Assembly (NCBI GenBank): GCA_016199085.1
Contig: JACQHJ010000003.1
Location: 38,676 to 102,675 of the forward strand
Origin: Candidatus Levyibacteriota bacterium
GTDB taxonomy: Bacteria; Patescibacteriota; Microgenomatia; Levybacterales; UBA12049
Reading direction: 5' to 3'
Length of the DNA: 64,000 nucleotides
Shown piece by piece: positions 9,782 through 19,915 of this stretch (within the stretch, counting starts at the first letter, position 1; every line of letters begins with the position of its first letter). A program made the translations under genes and the position numbers. The notes below the pieces were generated by a model. The model saw only the letters and a program-made list of their open reading frames with translations, did no database searches and was not told where the DNA came from.

Positions 9782-10351
9782 CTAAAAGACGACTTTTAGC
9801 TTTGGCCACTTTTTAAGAGTCTTTTTTGTTTTCATTCTTTCTTTAAATACTTTCAAATCTTTTTTAAATTTAGGAGTTGGTCGCAAAATCAGATTTACCA
9901 AATCTTTTATTCCTATTGGCGTTGCTAAGATGAGTTTTCCATTCTTTATTCTTACGCCAATACAGGTTGCAGTCTCTACCCAATTTGATAATCCTTCCTC
10001 TGAGTTTTTATATGGTTTATCGTTATGCATCAAATGCATTCTTGCCTGATTGGTAACGCTCCAATTAATCTTTGGCATTTTTTTCTTTAGAACTTCTTGA
10101 TATCTTTCTTCAGCTTTGGTTGAAAAGGATTTTGCTTCAATCTTATCAAAATCTTTTTTATCAAAGTAGACTACATCTATATCGGGAAGTGGAGTTCTTT
10201 TCCTGTATCCATGCAGACTGTCCCAAACTTTTCCTCTTACAAAACCTGCTCCGACCCACCAATCAGATAAATTAAGCTTGCCAACGATTTTTAATACATC
10301 TATCATCCATTTATCTTTTTCTATAAGAGAGATTATGTCTTTTTTATTCAT
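9782..10351 (-). CDS. Nucleotidyltransferase family protein (DUF925/NTP_transf_6-like)
   Basis: WWVGAGFVRGKVWD...DIDVVYFD resembles the GG...D.D minimal nucleotidyltransferase fold. Confidence 0.45.
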   Translation of the reverse strand: MNKKDIISLIEKDKWMIDVLKIVGKLNLSDWWVGAGFVRGKVWDSLHGYRKRTPLPDIDVVYFDKKDFDKIEAKSFSTKAEERYQEVLKKKMPKINWSVTNQARMHLMHNDKPYKNSEEGLSNWVETATCIGVRIKNGKLILATPIGIKDLVNLILRPTPKFKKDLKVFKERMKTKKTLKKWPKLKVVF

Positions 10352-10368
10352 TAAAAAGTATATGTGTT

Positions 10369-11679
10369 TTAATTACAGGCACTTGAGGGATAATAATTGT
10401 CTGCTTTTGACCCAAACTTTTCTCCTGATCCGTTTTTGCTCATATTATTTCCACAAATCTTTCCCTGAGGCTCTGTTTCTATCTTTAATCCACCCTCTTG
10501 GTTTTGTCTGAAAGTATTGCCGTAGACGTCGTTTCCTATTCCGTAAACTACACTGTCAATCATGTGCCCCCCCAAACGTATGCCAGCGCCCCTGTTTCCA
10601 AAAGTATCGTTATATCTGAATATATTCCTGTCTCCCCTTGCGTCAAGTCCGCCCGAATCTGAATCCATCTGACCGGTGCATGAGTTATATTCGATAATAT
10701 TTTCACTTGAACCTTCTTTTATATCAACACATTCGTTGCCCTGGGTATTGATTGTATTGTGGTGAATAAAGTTTTTTGAAGATTTATCGGCATCTTTGGT
10801 TGGATTTTTTCCATCTCCCCATTGATCAGAAGAAGTACCCAGATATATTCCTTCCCCGTTTTTATTATTGCTTTCAAATTTAAAATCAAATGCACCGCAA
10901 GGACCTACTGCGTTATATGATATCTCGCTTGCCATCACATAGTATCTAAGCCTTATGCACTCTCCTCCGGCGTTTTGAATGACCATTCTTGTTATCTTAA
11001 GACCAGTAAGCGGTGTATATGCTTTTTTACCTAAGACATAAATTAATTTATCTCTGTAGTTTTTTTTATCATTTGGATCCCCTACTAAACCGTCAATCGT
11101 AAACCCCTCCAGGTAAATATTATTGTGATTTATCTCAATAACCCTGGGACCCCCAGATCCTTTTACAATTGCACCCTTTTCGCCCTTTATCGTAATTGGA
11201 GCATCTCCATTGCCATCCCTGACTGTTATAACATTTTGCATATATATCCCATTTGCAAGATTTATTACATCTGAGGGACTTGCAACCGATAGAGCCTTTT
11301 GAATTGTTTTAAAAGAAGAGTTTTTAGATGTTCCAATATTTGAGTCATTACCCGTATTTGGATCGACAAAATAACTTGTACCGACCTTTATTGTATTTGT
11401 GGGAGAATTTGTACCCGATGGATTATTTGTTGGTGTAGAAGTAGCATCTGGGCCCGTCTGAATGTCCTGGGGAATATTTTTACTTGGTTTATTATTTATC
11501 ACCGAAACTACGATTGAAATACCTAAAACAATGATAATTAAAAGTGCTAAAACTTTTATCATATTATTTGGGAATAGTTTGGATTTAACGGTAAGTTTTT
11601 TCTTACGTTTTTTAGATAACTTCTGACGGGACTTTCTTCTTGCCATATTTATTATGTAGAGTATAAACTGGGATTGCAA
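10369..11679 (-). CDS. Membrane-anchored or secreted right-handed beta-helix (pectin-lyase-fold) protein with a Pro/Thr-rich linker
   Basis: A basic N-terminus and TM are followed by a PT-rich region and repeats of the type NGIYMQNVITVRDG / ITIKGEKGAIVKG. Confidence 0.5.
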   Translation of the reverse strand: MQSQFILYIINMARRKSRQKLSKKRKKKLTVKSKLFPNNMIKVLALLIIIVLGISIVVSVINNKPSKNIPQDIQTGPDATSTPTNNPSGTNSPTNTIKVGTSYFVDPNTGNDSNIGTSKNSSFKTIQKALSVASPSDVINLANGIYMQNVITVRDGNGDAPITIKGEKGAIVKGSGGPRVIEINHNNIYLEGFTIDGLVGDPNDKKNYRDKLIYVLGKKAYTPLTGLKITRMVIQNAGGECIRLRYYVMASEISYNAVGPCGAFDFKFESNNKNGEGIYLGTSSDQWGDGKNPTKDADKSSKNFIHHNTINTQGNECVDIKEGSSENIIEYNSCTGQMDSDSGGLDARGDRNIFRYNDTFGNRGAGIRLGGHMIDSVVYGIGNDVYGNTFRQNQEGGLKIETEPQGKICGNNMSKNGSGEKFGSKADNYYPSSACN

Positions 11680-11708
11680 GAAGTGTCAAACACAAAAAGT
11701 CAACCTGT

Positions 11709-12620
11709 TTATAAAATATTCTTTTGCTCAAAGGCAAATTCGTGAAGACCAAGTGCGGTAACAAATTTATTGTTTACGTCAATTACCATCTTTAAAAGTG
11801 ATGCATCAAATCCGTGGGTCGTTGCCCAATAGTAAAAAGCCTGGGTATCTTTTGGCAAGCAACTTCCTTGGAACGGTCCCATATTTCTGATCCCATATTT
11901 TGGATTCCACATTCCCTCACAACTAATTGCAGTGTATTTAAAAATCTTATCTGCATCGACATCAATCTTTGCCGCAATTTCTCGCATCTCATTGTAGAAG
12001 CTTATCTTTGCCGCGTTAAATAGGTTATGGACATATTTTTGCATTTCCGCCTCCATTAATTTACATCTATGCTGTGGGCATGTAAATTTATTCTTATAGA
12101 CGGACTCTAATAGATCTCCTGATTTTTGATCATATTCCCCTATTAAAATTATCCAAGGATTTAGTGTATCATCGTATGCGGTTTCTTCCCGAAGATATTC
12201 CGGATTCATGCAGGCGCCGAAATCTTTACCTGCCTTTTTACCTGAATATTTTTCAATTAATGGAATAACCAGGTTTTGTGTTGTTCCCGGAGGCACTGTG
12301 CTTTTTACAACGACCAGATGATATTTCTTTGTGTTTTTGAGTCTTTTTCCAAGATCCGTTGCTGCTGATTCCAAAGCCTGTAGATTTATTTTTCCTTCTT
12401 TGGTTGGGGTTGGAACGGTAAGCATGGAAATATCGAAATTGTATCCTGAGTCCATAAGTTCATGTCTTTCATAAGCTTTATATCCTTCCCCTCTTAATTT
12501 TTTTACCTTTTCAATATTTCCACCCAAAAATGCAACCTCATAGCCTTTGGCTGCAAAGACTTTTCCCGTTGCCTGTCCTACAATTCCCGGACCAATAATA
12601 CAAATCGTTGGTTTATTCAT
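11709..12620 (-). CDS. UDP-glucose/GDP-mannose dehydrogenase family protein, C-terminally truncated (lacks the UDP-sugar-binding domain)
   Basis: N-terminal Rossmann motif IGPGIVGQA and central catalytic QGSCLPKD motif. The ORF stops at about 303 aa, where homologs run to about 430. Confidence 0.7.
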   Translation of the reverse strand: MNKPTICIIGPGIVGQATGKVFAAKGYEVAFLGGNIEKVKKLRGEGYKAYERHELMDSGYNFDISMLTVPTPTKEGKINLQALESAATDLGKRLKNTKKYHLVVVKSTVPPGTTQNLVIPLIEKYSGKKAGKDFGACMNPEYLREETAYDDTLNPWIILIGEYDQKSGDLLESVYKNKFTCPQHRCKLMEAEMQKYVHNLFNAAKISFYNEMREIAAKIDVDADKIFKYTAISCEGMWNPKYGIRNMGPFQGSCLPKDTQAFYYWATTHGFDASLLKMVIDVNNKFVTALGLHEFAFEQKNIL

Positions 12621-12728
12621 TTTTGAAAACTAAATCCAAAACTTACAGACGTAACTTTCGGGGCAGAAAGATAAGTTATCATATTTTAAAAAATAATTAT
12701 AAAAAATCAAGATGGATTTTTGGCAAAT

Positions 12729-14999
12729 TTAGTTTGCTAAATCTACCATTCCCATCACGTCTTTTCTATTCTTATATAACTGGTTAATACCCAAAATGTT
12801 ACTGACATCTGTTTTTACTTTTGTGTAGATTGCATAAACCCTGCTTTCTCTAATCTGGTTTTGGGCAAGTTTATTGCCAAGAGCGCTGTCTTGGAAATAT
12901 ATTCCGATTCCGTTATTGGTTAACAGATTTTTACTTATTTCATTCAAATCTGATTTTACATATACTCCTACTTTATTTCTGTCAAAAGTATTATTTGTTA
13001 TTAAATTATTATTTGCTTTATCATAAAAATATATTCCGTATAAAACGCTTCCTGAAATGTTATTTTCCACTACTGTGTTTTTATTTGAGGAAACATTTGC
13101 CCTAACACCGTGTCTATTGTTCTTAACGGTATTTCCTAGGACAATGTTATTACTAGATCTCCATAGGGCAATTCCACTGGTATTTCCGGAAACAGTATTA
13201 TTTTCAATAATGTTAAAGTCAGATTTTTCATGAAGCATTATTCCGTGGGATTTATTGTCATAGGAAATATTATCTCTAATTGTGTTATACATGCAGCGTT
13301 TTGAAAAGATTATCCCGTGGGTTCCGTTATTGTGGGCAATATTTTTTTCAACCAAGAACCCGTTTGAATCATCGTGGGGATCCAAACCGTATCTTATATT
13401 GTCATAGAATTCATTACCACGCCAGGTCATTCCCGTTGCGCCGTATGTGTATGCACCGAAATAGTTGTGATGGAATTTACTGTTAATAACTTCACCCGTT
13501 AATAAAACTTTTTTTAATTTCAAACTGGACAATTTCCACGAAATTCCGTATGGAGAAACTGAAATATCTGATTTGGTTGGATATCCAAGATATGAGATGT
13601 CAGAATCGTAAACATCAAGTCTTGAATTGTCTTTTACCATAATGAAGCTTCTTCCGTCAGCCAGTTCAAAATCATAATTTGACTTACTACTATCCCATGA
13701 AGTAACCTTGACTCCATTTATGATGATATCTCCGTTTCGAGATCTTAGCATTGCAAATCCCTTACTGTTACTTTCAAGTTTTAGCCAGGTAACTTCATTT
13801 TTATCAAGTTTTAAAGTTGCACCATCTGCCAGAAAGATTGTCGCCTTGGAAATCCAGACTTTTGGAGACTGCTCTAAGAGATAATTTGCACCGCCTCTTT
13901 GGGCAATATCTGAAAGAGTAAATACTCTTCCTCTTCCGCTTACCAAAAGAGTATTGGTAGATTTATCATAAGTAACACTGGCTGCAGGGACTTCAACCTC
14001 TCTTACAAGACCAAACTCAGGAACCAGTGCAATATCTTTGCCCGGAATCGATATTATCTGCCCGTTAGAAATTGTCCTGTTTGGCGCCTTTGCCATATTG
14101 GCAAAATATAGCTGATCACTGCTTATGCCGTATTCCTGTGCAATAGCTGAAAGAGTTTTATTATCCTTTACTTCTACGCGTTTAGTTAATAAATCCTTAT
14201 TAACGGTTTGCGTTCCCAAAACAGCTGCGCTTGCAATAGTATTTGAATTTGTAATCAATGCCTGTGCCAATATCTGATCTTTCTGTGTATGCGGCATTAA
14301 ATATGTATATTGTTTATAAAGATAAACACCATAGGCTAAAAACAAAACTACCGCCGCTGTGGCAACATATGCAGGAAGAGAGTTAATAAACTTAATATGA
14401 GGAAGCCTTGATTTATCCCATCTTGTTATCCAACCCTGAGTGTTTAACGTAAAGAAAGCATAGATTTTAATAAGTCCAGTAAGAAAAGAGTAGATAACGT
14501 ATCCTGGAAGTATATAAATGTTTTTGGGATCTTTTGATAAATAAGGATGAATTTTAATGGCTCTGCTTGTAAACCACCAGACAAAAATAACTGCGGCTGC
14601 TATCCAAATCCCAAGATACAAAGATACAAAAAAATAAATTGGACTTAGTATTACTACAAATGACTGGAGGAATTTATCTATTTGGAAAAATAAAAGTGCG
14701 GGATGTTTCAGTGGCCACCCATTAAAAATTGCTCCAAGATCCGCTCTCAAACCGTTTCTTGTCCATCTTAGTCTTTGTTTAAGATAAGCTCTTAAACTTT
14801 CCATCCCCGGCGTATAGACGTGTGAATTACTTTGATATGCAACCTTAAAACCTGCTTGTAAAACTAAATAGGTAAGTCTTTTATCATCGCCTGATATAAC
14901 AGGTCTTCCCAAAAACTTCTCATTAACTAATTTTTCAAGCATTGGGGTAATAATTTCTCTTATAAAAAGCTGTTCTTCCTGAAAGACAGACAAGTGCAT
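12729..14999 (-). CDS. C-terminal portion of a processive family-2 glycosyltransferase (chitin/cellulose/hyaluronan-synthase-like). It carries the SGDDKRLT and QRLRW motifs and TM helices, and is fused to a LysM domain and a C-terminal parallel beta-helix repeat domain
   Basis: GDDKRLT and QRLRWTRN (the QxxRW motif), a LysM segment (LSAIAQEYGISSDQLYFAN...ISNGQIISIPGKD), and NosD-like beta-helix repeats. It is contiguous with ORF 14935..15627 through a +1 frameshift. Confidence 0.75.
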   Translation of the reverse strand: MHLSVFQEEQLFIREIITPMLEKLVNEKFLGRPVISGDDKRLTYLVLQAGFKVAYQSNSHVYTPGMESLRAYLKQRLRWTRNGLRADLGAIFNGWPLKHPALLFFQIDKFLQSFVVILSPIYFFVSLYLGIWIAAAVIFVWWFTSRAIKIHPYLSKDPKNIYILPGYVIYSFLTGLIKIYAFFTLNTQGWITRWDKSRLPHIKFINSLPAYVATAAVVLFLAYGVYLYKQYTYLMPHTQKDQILAQALITNSNTIASAAVLGTQTVNKDLLTKRVEVKDNKTLSAIAQEYGISSDQLYFANMAKAPNRTISNGQIISIPGKDIALVPEFGLVREVEVPAASVTYDKSTNTLLVSGRGRVFTLSDIAQRGGANYLLEQSPKVWISKATIFLADGATLKLDKNEVTWLKLESNSKGFAMLRSRNGDIIINGVKVTSWDSSKSNYDFELADGRSFIMVKDNSRLDVYDSDISYLGYPTKSDISVSPYGISWKLSSLKLKKVLLTGEVINSKFHHNYFGAYTYGATGMTWRGNEFYDNIRYGLDPHDDSNGFLVEKNIAHNNGTHGIIFSKRCMYNTIRDNISYDNKSHGIMLHEKSDFNIIENNTVSGNTSGIALWRSSNNIVLGNTVKNNRHGVRANVSSNKNTVVENNISGSVLYGIYFYDKANNNLITNNTFDRNKVGVYVKSDLNEISKNLLTNNGIGIYFQDSALGNKLAQNQIRESRVYAIYTKVKTDVSNILGINQLYKNRKDVMGMVDLAN

Positions 15000-15627
15000 C
15001 TCCGCAAGCAGCTAGAAACGGGTATTCATGTTTATATCGAAGATCGAGTTGGACATCAAAGATCTTTTGAGCAAAGGTCTTGGGATTTAAAACGCTTTGA
15101 TAAGTTGCGACTCCGGCCATCCTTCTGTCATTAAACGGAGGAAGTCCGTTTTGAAGCGTATCGGGTGACCAGATCGTGTCACTATCAACGAGCGCAACGA
15201 TTTCTGATTTTGCCCTTGCTATTCCATCAGCCAAGGCTTGTCTTTTGCCAGGAACTTTTGTAACAATCAAAACTCCCCTTTTAAAGGATTTCTTAAACTT
15301 TTCAAAAATTTGGATACAGGTTTTATCTGTATAATCAATTACCGCAATTATCTCCGAAGGCTTATTATTCCTCCAGGACTCTAAAGCTTTTGTAAATACT
15401 TTTGGATCTTCATTGTAGACCGGAGTCACTATTGAGACTTCTGCCTCATATGGCTTTGTTCTAGGTTTATAATGAAGACCTATTATTTCTTTCATCATCC
15501 AGACAGACCATCTCCAAATCCCTATTACCCCTAAAGGAACAAGAAATGAATATCTGTCCAGATACTGCTCTGACCAAAAGGCAATGTCTGATAAGAATAA
15601 TTGAAAATTAATAATAAGTGCTTCCAT
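14935..15627 (-). CDS. N-terminal portion of the same GT2 glycosyltransferase (DxD motif VDSDT), separated from the downstream part by a frameshift in an A5/T5 homopolymer at about 14965-14969
   Basis: TPVYNED...VDSDT...ACGDALVCLSGRTAFY is a typical GT2 A-domain. The two ORFs overlap by 65 nt in different frames. Confidence 0.75.
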   Translation of the reverse strand: MEALIINFQLFLSDIAFWSEQYLDRYSFLVPLGVIGIWRWSVWMMKEIIGLHYKPRTKPYEAEVSIVTPVYNEDPKVFTKALESWRNNKPSEIIAVIDYTDKTCIQIFEKFKKSFKRGVLIVTKVPGKRQALADGIARAKSEIVALVDSDTIWSPDTLQNGLPPFNDRRMAGVATYQSVLNPKTFAQKIFDVQLDLRYKHEYPFLAACGDALVCLSGRTAFYKRNYYPNA

Positions 15628-16529
15628 TATTTCTTTCTCTTTCTTTTTGTAACTTTATTATTTGTTTTAGTTTTATAAGTAAACGTACTTTGGGCAAATT
15701 TAAAATTAACATTGATATATCTATTTTTATATAAAATAATAAATGCCATAAACACGATAATGCTTAACTGGATAAAATACTTACACCAGAAACTGTCATT
15801 TGGACAAAAACCATTAAGCTTATAAAAAGCTAGGTAGACTAAAAGAGGAATCAGAACTGAATAAATTTGCTTTAGCCTAAGATTTCTTTTGGAGAGATAG
15901 AAAAAGGCCAGTAAAAGCATCATCTCTATCCCAAGAAGCTGGAGTCCCACACAGGTTGAACAATTTAAAGATTGACCCGCTGCGGCAACTAATGGAGCCG
16001 GCGGTGGAGCTTTCTCGTCATCAAATTCTTCTGTTGGGGTAGCCGATGCGCTTGCAACAGCTACTGTTTTATAGATCGATAAGTTTGGCTGTTTAGGACC
16101 AGTAGAGGTAACGCTTTTTCTGTTTGGAAATCCGGGTATTGCTGAAAGTTTGTTGGAAAATTTTCCCGGCTTGCATCCATTTTCTCCCCTAACTTTAAAG
16201 TAATATTTTACTCCGTTTTCAAGTTCCGTAACCGAATAGGTTGTGGTTTTGCCGACATTGGGATTTCCATATTCAAGATTTATTTCATCTCTTGCATAGG
16301 CTACGAGGTAATGAGTAATGGGTTCAGGCGCCGGCTGCCATGTTAAAACAACACTTCTGTCTTTTGCTTCCGCCGATATTAAAACAGGAGGGATTTCAGG
16401 CCTTTGATTTTTGCAACTTAATGCATCAGCCTTTTGTATAAAAATTGGTGCCAATAAAACCGAAAAAAGTAGTATTAATACTACCAATAACTTTTTCCCC
16501 ATAGTATAAAATTGTGACAATTGTAACAT
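15627..16529 (-). CDS. Membrane protein with a signal peptide, a fibronectin type III domain and C-terminal TM helices; shares an NCSTCVG motif with the 769-aa surface protein
   Basis: The FN3-like segment is VVLTWQPAPEPITHYLVAYAR...YYFKVRGENG. The region LVAAAGQSLNCSTCVG precedes the TM helices. Confidence 0.5.
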   Translation of the reverse strand: MLQLSQFYTMGKKLLVVLILLFSVLLAPIFIQKADALSCKNQRPEIPPVLISAEAKDRSVVLTWQPAPEPITHYLVAYARDEINLEYGNPNVGKTTTYSVTELENGVKYYFKVRGENGCKPGKFSNKLSAIPGFPNRKSVTSTGPKQPNLSIYKTVAVASASATPTEEFDDEKAPPPAPLVAAAGQSLNCSTCVGLQLLGIEMMLLLAFFYLSKRNLRLKQIYSVLIPLLVYLAFYKLNGFCPNDSFWCKYFIQLSIIVFMAFIILYKNRYINVNFKFAQSTFTYKTKTNNKVTKRKRKK

Positions 16530-16594
16530 AAACTACAAAAAAATGTCTATAGTCTTTTTGAAGAATATTCAATCTTAATTATTCTTTTTCTTTA

Positions 16595-17230
16595 TTGAAA
16601 TTGTTTTTTTGTTTGTACTATACTTACTTTAACGTGAATGGATTCGTTCTTGTTGCAAATCCTTTTTGGGTAAACTTATTAATACTTATTCCATTCTTTC
16701 TTTTTTATTACTTTAGGAAACACAAGTTAGACATAAGTAGAAATACCTTATTAAAAACCGCAATGTTTGGAACAGCATTTGGTTTTATAGAAGCAGCTGT
16801 TGTTGTCTACCTTCGGGCCGCACTTGGTTTCCTGCCGGGATTTAAGGGTACATTGCCGGATATTTGGAGACAAGCTTCAACTTTTGACTATAATCAACAA
16901 TTGGTTATCAATGAACTTCCGGTAAGTCTTTTTACTGTTGAACTTGTAAGAGAAGCATTCACAATACTGATGCTTTTATCAGTTGCTTTTATTGCAGCTT
17001 ACAAATTTAGGGAAAGAATTGCTGTCTTTCTTTGGGCTTTTGCATTCTGGGATATTTTTTATTATGTATTTTTATACTTAACGGTTCGCTGGCCGATGAG
17101 CCTTACGACACCTGATCTGTTATTCTTAATACCAGTTCCCTGGACTTCCCAAGTCTGGTTTCCAATACTGATAAGTACGCTTACAATTTTTGCTGTTTTT
17201 ATAAACAGTAAAGTCAAGAAAAATGCATAA
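16595..17230 (+). CDS. Polytopic membrane protein, hypothetical
   Basis: Hydrophobic ORF with 5-6 predicted TM segments. Confidence 0.4.
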   Translation: MKLFFCLYYTYFNVNGFVLVANPFWVNLLILIPFFLFYYFRKHKLDISRNTLLKTAMFGTAFGFIEAAVVVYLRAALGFLPGFKGTLPDIWRQASTFDYNQQLVINELPVSLFTVELVREAFTILMLLSVAFIAAYKFRERIAVFLWAFAFWDIFYYVFLYLTVRWPMSLTTPDLLFLIPVPWTSQVWFPILISTLTIFAVFINSKVKKNA

Positions 17231-17621
17231 GCTTAATCTTTTATTTACACTTTCCTCCTTTTCCGTTCTTTTGGTAACCGTTGAAAGATTTTCTTTTACC
17301 GCAAAAATATTACTTCAGCCTTACAGTTTTTTCAGGCTTCATGAAATTATCCAAATGTCAGTACTTATTTTACTAACCGTAATTATTCCCGTACTGATAC
17401 TTAAAGAAATAACCCAAAATTTCAAAAACATCAAACAAAAAGAATTTGTTTTAATTCTTACTTTTATAACAGGCGTTTATTTCTACGCAACGGGAAACGG
17501 AGTTCATGAACTCGCAAGTTTTCTCTTTAACCATTACTGCAATACTATTAAATTTGCAGGAGACCTTTGCGGAGGGTTTTTCTTTAACGATTATTCACCG
17601 GAAATATCTTTTACTTTATAG
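17223..17621 (+). CDS. Membrane protein, hypothetical
   Basis: Hydrophobic ORF that overlaps the upstream gene's stop codon. Confidence 0.35.
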   Translation: MHKLNLLFTLSSFSVLLVTVERFSFTAKILLQPYSFFRLHEIIQMSVLILLTVIIPVLILKEITQNFKNIKQKEFVLILTFITGVYFYATGNGVHELASFLFNHYCNTIKFAGDLCGGFFFNDYSPEISFTL

Positions 17622-17629
17622 GAGGGTTT

Positions 17630-17926
17630 ATGATGGTTGCCTCACTACTACTTTTAGAATTCAAAAGGCCAAATGAAACTTACAAAAAAAAGGATTTTCC
17701 TATAACTATCATAAATGCTGTAATTTATGCTTTCGCAATATTTGCCTATGCAGCTTTTGACAAAGTTTTGGTAGGGATAGTTTATTCATTTATTACTACA
17801 GTTTTTTCCATATATCTTTTTATAAAGATAAGAGAGAATTATCTAAAATATCCTGTAATCACTTATACAACCATAACTTATATATTAGGTACTGTTGCCG
17901 CTTTTATTGTAAGGTTTGTTATGTAG
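17630..17926 (+). CDS. Small membrane protein, hypothetical
   Basis: Three predicted TM segments. Confidence 0.35.
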   Translation: MMVASLLLLEFKRPNETYKKKDFPITIINAVIYAFAIFAYAAFDKVLVGIVYSFITTVFSIYLFIKIRENYLKYPVITYTTITYILGTVAAFIVRFVM

Positions 17927-17990
17927 ATTGTGATGTGTAGTCTTTTGTCATATTGACACATATTCAAAATTTGATGATATACTGTAATCC

Positions 17991-18209
17991 ATGAACACTG
18001 CCACAAAAATTTTAGATAATGGGTATAATAACAAGTTCGAGCAAATTATGAGATTGCTTAATTACATTGGGCTTAAGTTAGACCTTATGCATCTGGAGAA
18101 TAGATTATGGCACGAATATCCGAATGAAATGAGCAAGGAGAGAAAAAGGTTATGTAGGAGATGGTTAGAGGAAGGATTCGTAAAATGCAAACATGAATCT
18201 GAGAGTTGA
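17991..18209 (+). CDS. Hypothetical small protein
   Basis: ORF only. Confidence 0.25.
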   Translation: MNTATKILDNGYNNKFEQIMRLLNYIGLKLDLMHLENRLWHEYPNEMSKERKRLCRRWLEEGFVKCKHESES

Positions 18210-18348
18210 TAATACCGTCGGAACTAATAAAATTCATGAATTAGATAAAACTACCAAAAACCACGAGGCACGAATAACAAAACTTGAATCCCCGAATTGA
18301 AAATTTTGGATTTACTACTTTACTTGAAAGATAAAAGGGTATTAAATA

Positions 18349-18615
18349 ATGTTGATGGTAAAGTTTGGATATTTTTGGAGCGTTATTATTGTTTTTCTAA
18401 TGGCTTTCCTTTTATGGCTTAATTTCTCCAATAGTCTTGAGTATGTAAAAATTAGAAAATATCCTACGATTACTCCTAGTTCCAATGTAACCTGTAAAAA
18501 TTTCCTGACACAAAAAGACGCACAGGATTTTTTTACTGCAAACGGAGGACCTGGTATCGATAAGTATAATTTAGACGGAGATAAAGATGGAAAAGTTTGC
18601 GAGAGTTTGCCTTAA
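18349..18615 (+). CDS. Excalibur calcium-binding domain protein with N-terminal TM/signal
   Basis: CKNFLTQKDAQDFFTANGGPGIDKYNLDGDKDGKVCE matches the Excalibur DxDxDGxxCE motif. Confidence 0.6.
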   Translation: MLMVKFGYFWSVIIVFLMAFLLWLNFSNSLEYVKIRKYPTITPSSNVTCKNFLTQKDAQDFFTANGGPGIDKYNLDGDKDGKVCESLP

Positions 18616-18908
18616 ATAAAATGATACATTTACCTAAAAAATCAAGAGAGTACCCTTTTTACATTTTAGTTTCCTGGCTAGCTCTTTGGGGAGCATACTT
18701 TCTAATGAATACCTTTATTACCCTTACCAATTTAACCCCAGATGGAAAATATGTACAAAAGGCAGACGACAGACCTTACTTTGTAACAGTAGGAGCCGAA
18801 CTTAAATATTCTTTTGTCTCATCAGGGGTTATCATTGGCTTTGGAACAATAATCGGGGGAAGCGTACTTGCTCTTAATAAATACTATAAGGAGAAAAAGA
18901 AGAAATAA
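18597..18908 (+). CDS. Small membrane protein, hypothetical
   Basis: Two hydrophobic segments and a K-rich tail. Confidence 0.35.
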   Translation: MREFALNKMIHLPKKSREYPFYILVSWLALWGAYFLMNTFITLTNLTPDGKYVQKADDRPYFVTVGAELKYSFVSSGVIIGFGTIIGGSVLALNKYYKEKKKK

Positions 18909-19009
18909 ATTATCTATTCATCTTTACCAAAACTACACCCGCAACCAGAATCTGAAGTAATGAATTTATAGACCAGCATGCAACCATTGAGAACGATATT
19001 GGAAACGTG

Positions 19010-19327
19010 CTATATGAAATTATCATTCCGGGAGTAATTCCGATAAGGAAAAAAAACAAGACCAAATGCAAAACCTCTTCTCAGGGATCTATCATCTTTA
19101 AAAAGAACTTTAATATAATCCCAAGCAATTGCCAGAAAAAATCCAAATACAAAGGGGTTGGCAAAATAGATTAGCATTAAAGGATCTGTCCATGGTCTGA
19201 AAAGGTGTACATTCTCATACTCTTTGGCAAGACCCGGAATAAATGTATTTGAAACGTATCCGCATAAAAGTGAAACGATCAACATACAAACTCCGGCAAT
19301 AAATCCGGGCAGAATAATTCTTTTCAT
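19010..19327 (-). CDS. Small membrane protein, hypothetical
   Basis: Hydrophobic ORF. Confidence 0.35.
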   Translation of the reverse strand: MKRIILPGFIAGVCMLIVSLLCGYVSNTFIPGLAKEYENVHLFRPWTDPLMLIYFANPFVFGFFLAIAWDYIKVLFKDDRSLRRGFAFGLVFFPYRNYSRNDNFI

Positions 19328-19482
19328 ACTAATGCACTCCCTTAATATTTACTAGATGAAGATAATCGTATTTGTCTTTTTGAGAAAGCCTGTCAAATCT
19401 ATCAGAAAATATAAATTGTATTTTTCTTACTTTTTGAAGAATTGACTGTTTATCCATTACTCCCCATTTCTTAATCATATTT

Positions 19483-19887
19483 TTATTTCGTAATAAAGTG
19501 TCTAAATGTTGATATTGCCCAAAGAACAAGAATGGTTACTGTAAGAAGGGTAAATGCCAATTCTGTCCCTGTTACCAAACCATAAATAATTAAAATCAAT
19601 GCTAAAAAGCCTAATACACCTGCTGCCATTACCAAAACACTTGATCCCGAGGAAAACCCAGGAGACGAAGCGCACATTAAAATGCCAAAAAACGCCAGAA
19701 GTAAGATTCCCGCCCTATAACCCGAAATTAGAGGAACATCTATTCCTTTTGTCATAGCAAAATAAAGACCAAGCGTAAGTAGCGCCAAAAGCGTTGTGGA
19801 TAAATCCTTCCACGTAAGCGACATATTTTCCCCTAACCAAAGCCCATAATAACAACCGGAAGCTAAAGACTCAGTGATAATTGTCAC
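19483..19887 (-). CDS. Membrane protein, hypothetical
   Basis: Four predicted TM segments. Confidence 0.4.
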   Translation of the reverse strand: MTIITESLASGCYYGLWLGENMSLTWKDLSTTLLALLTLGLYFAMTKGIDVPLISGYRAGILLLAFFGILMCASSPGFSSGSSVLVMAAGVLGFLALILIIYGLVTGTELAFTLLTVTILVLWAISTFRHFITK

Positions 19888-19915
19888 CCAAAGAATTTAA
19901 AAAAATGAGGAATTT

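Noticed and set aside
19329-19529. ORF 19329-19529 (-, 66 aa)
   Set aside because: It is short and overlaps the start of the adjacent membrane-protein ORF 19483-19887. There is no motif support, so it was left unannotated.
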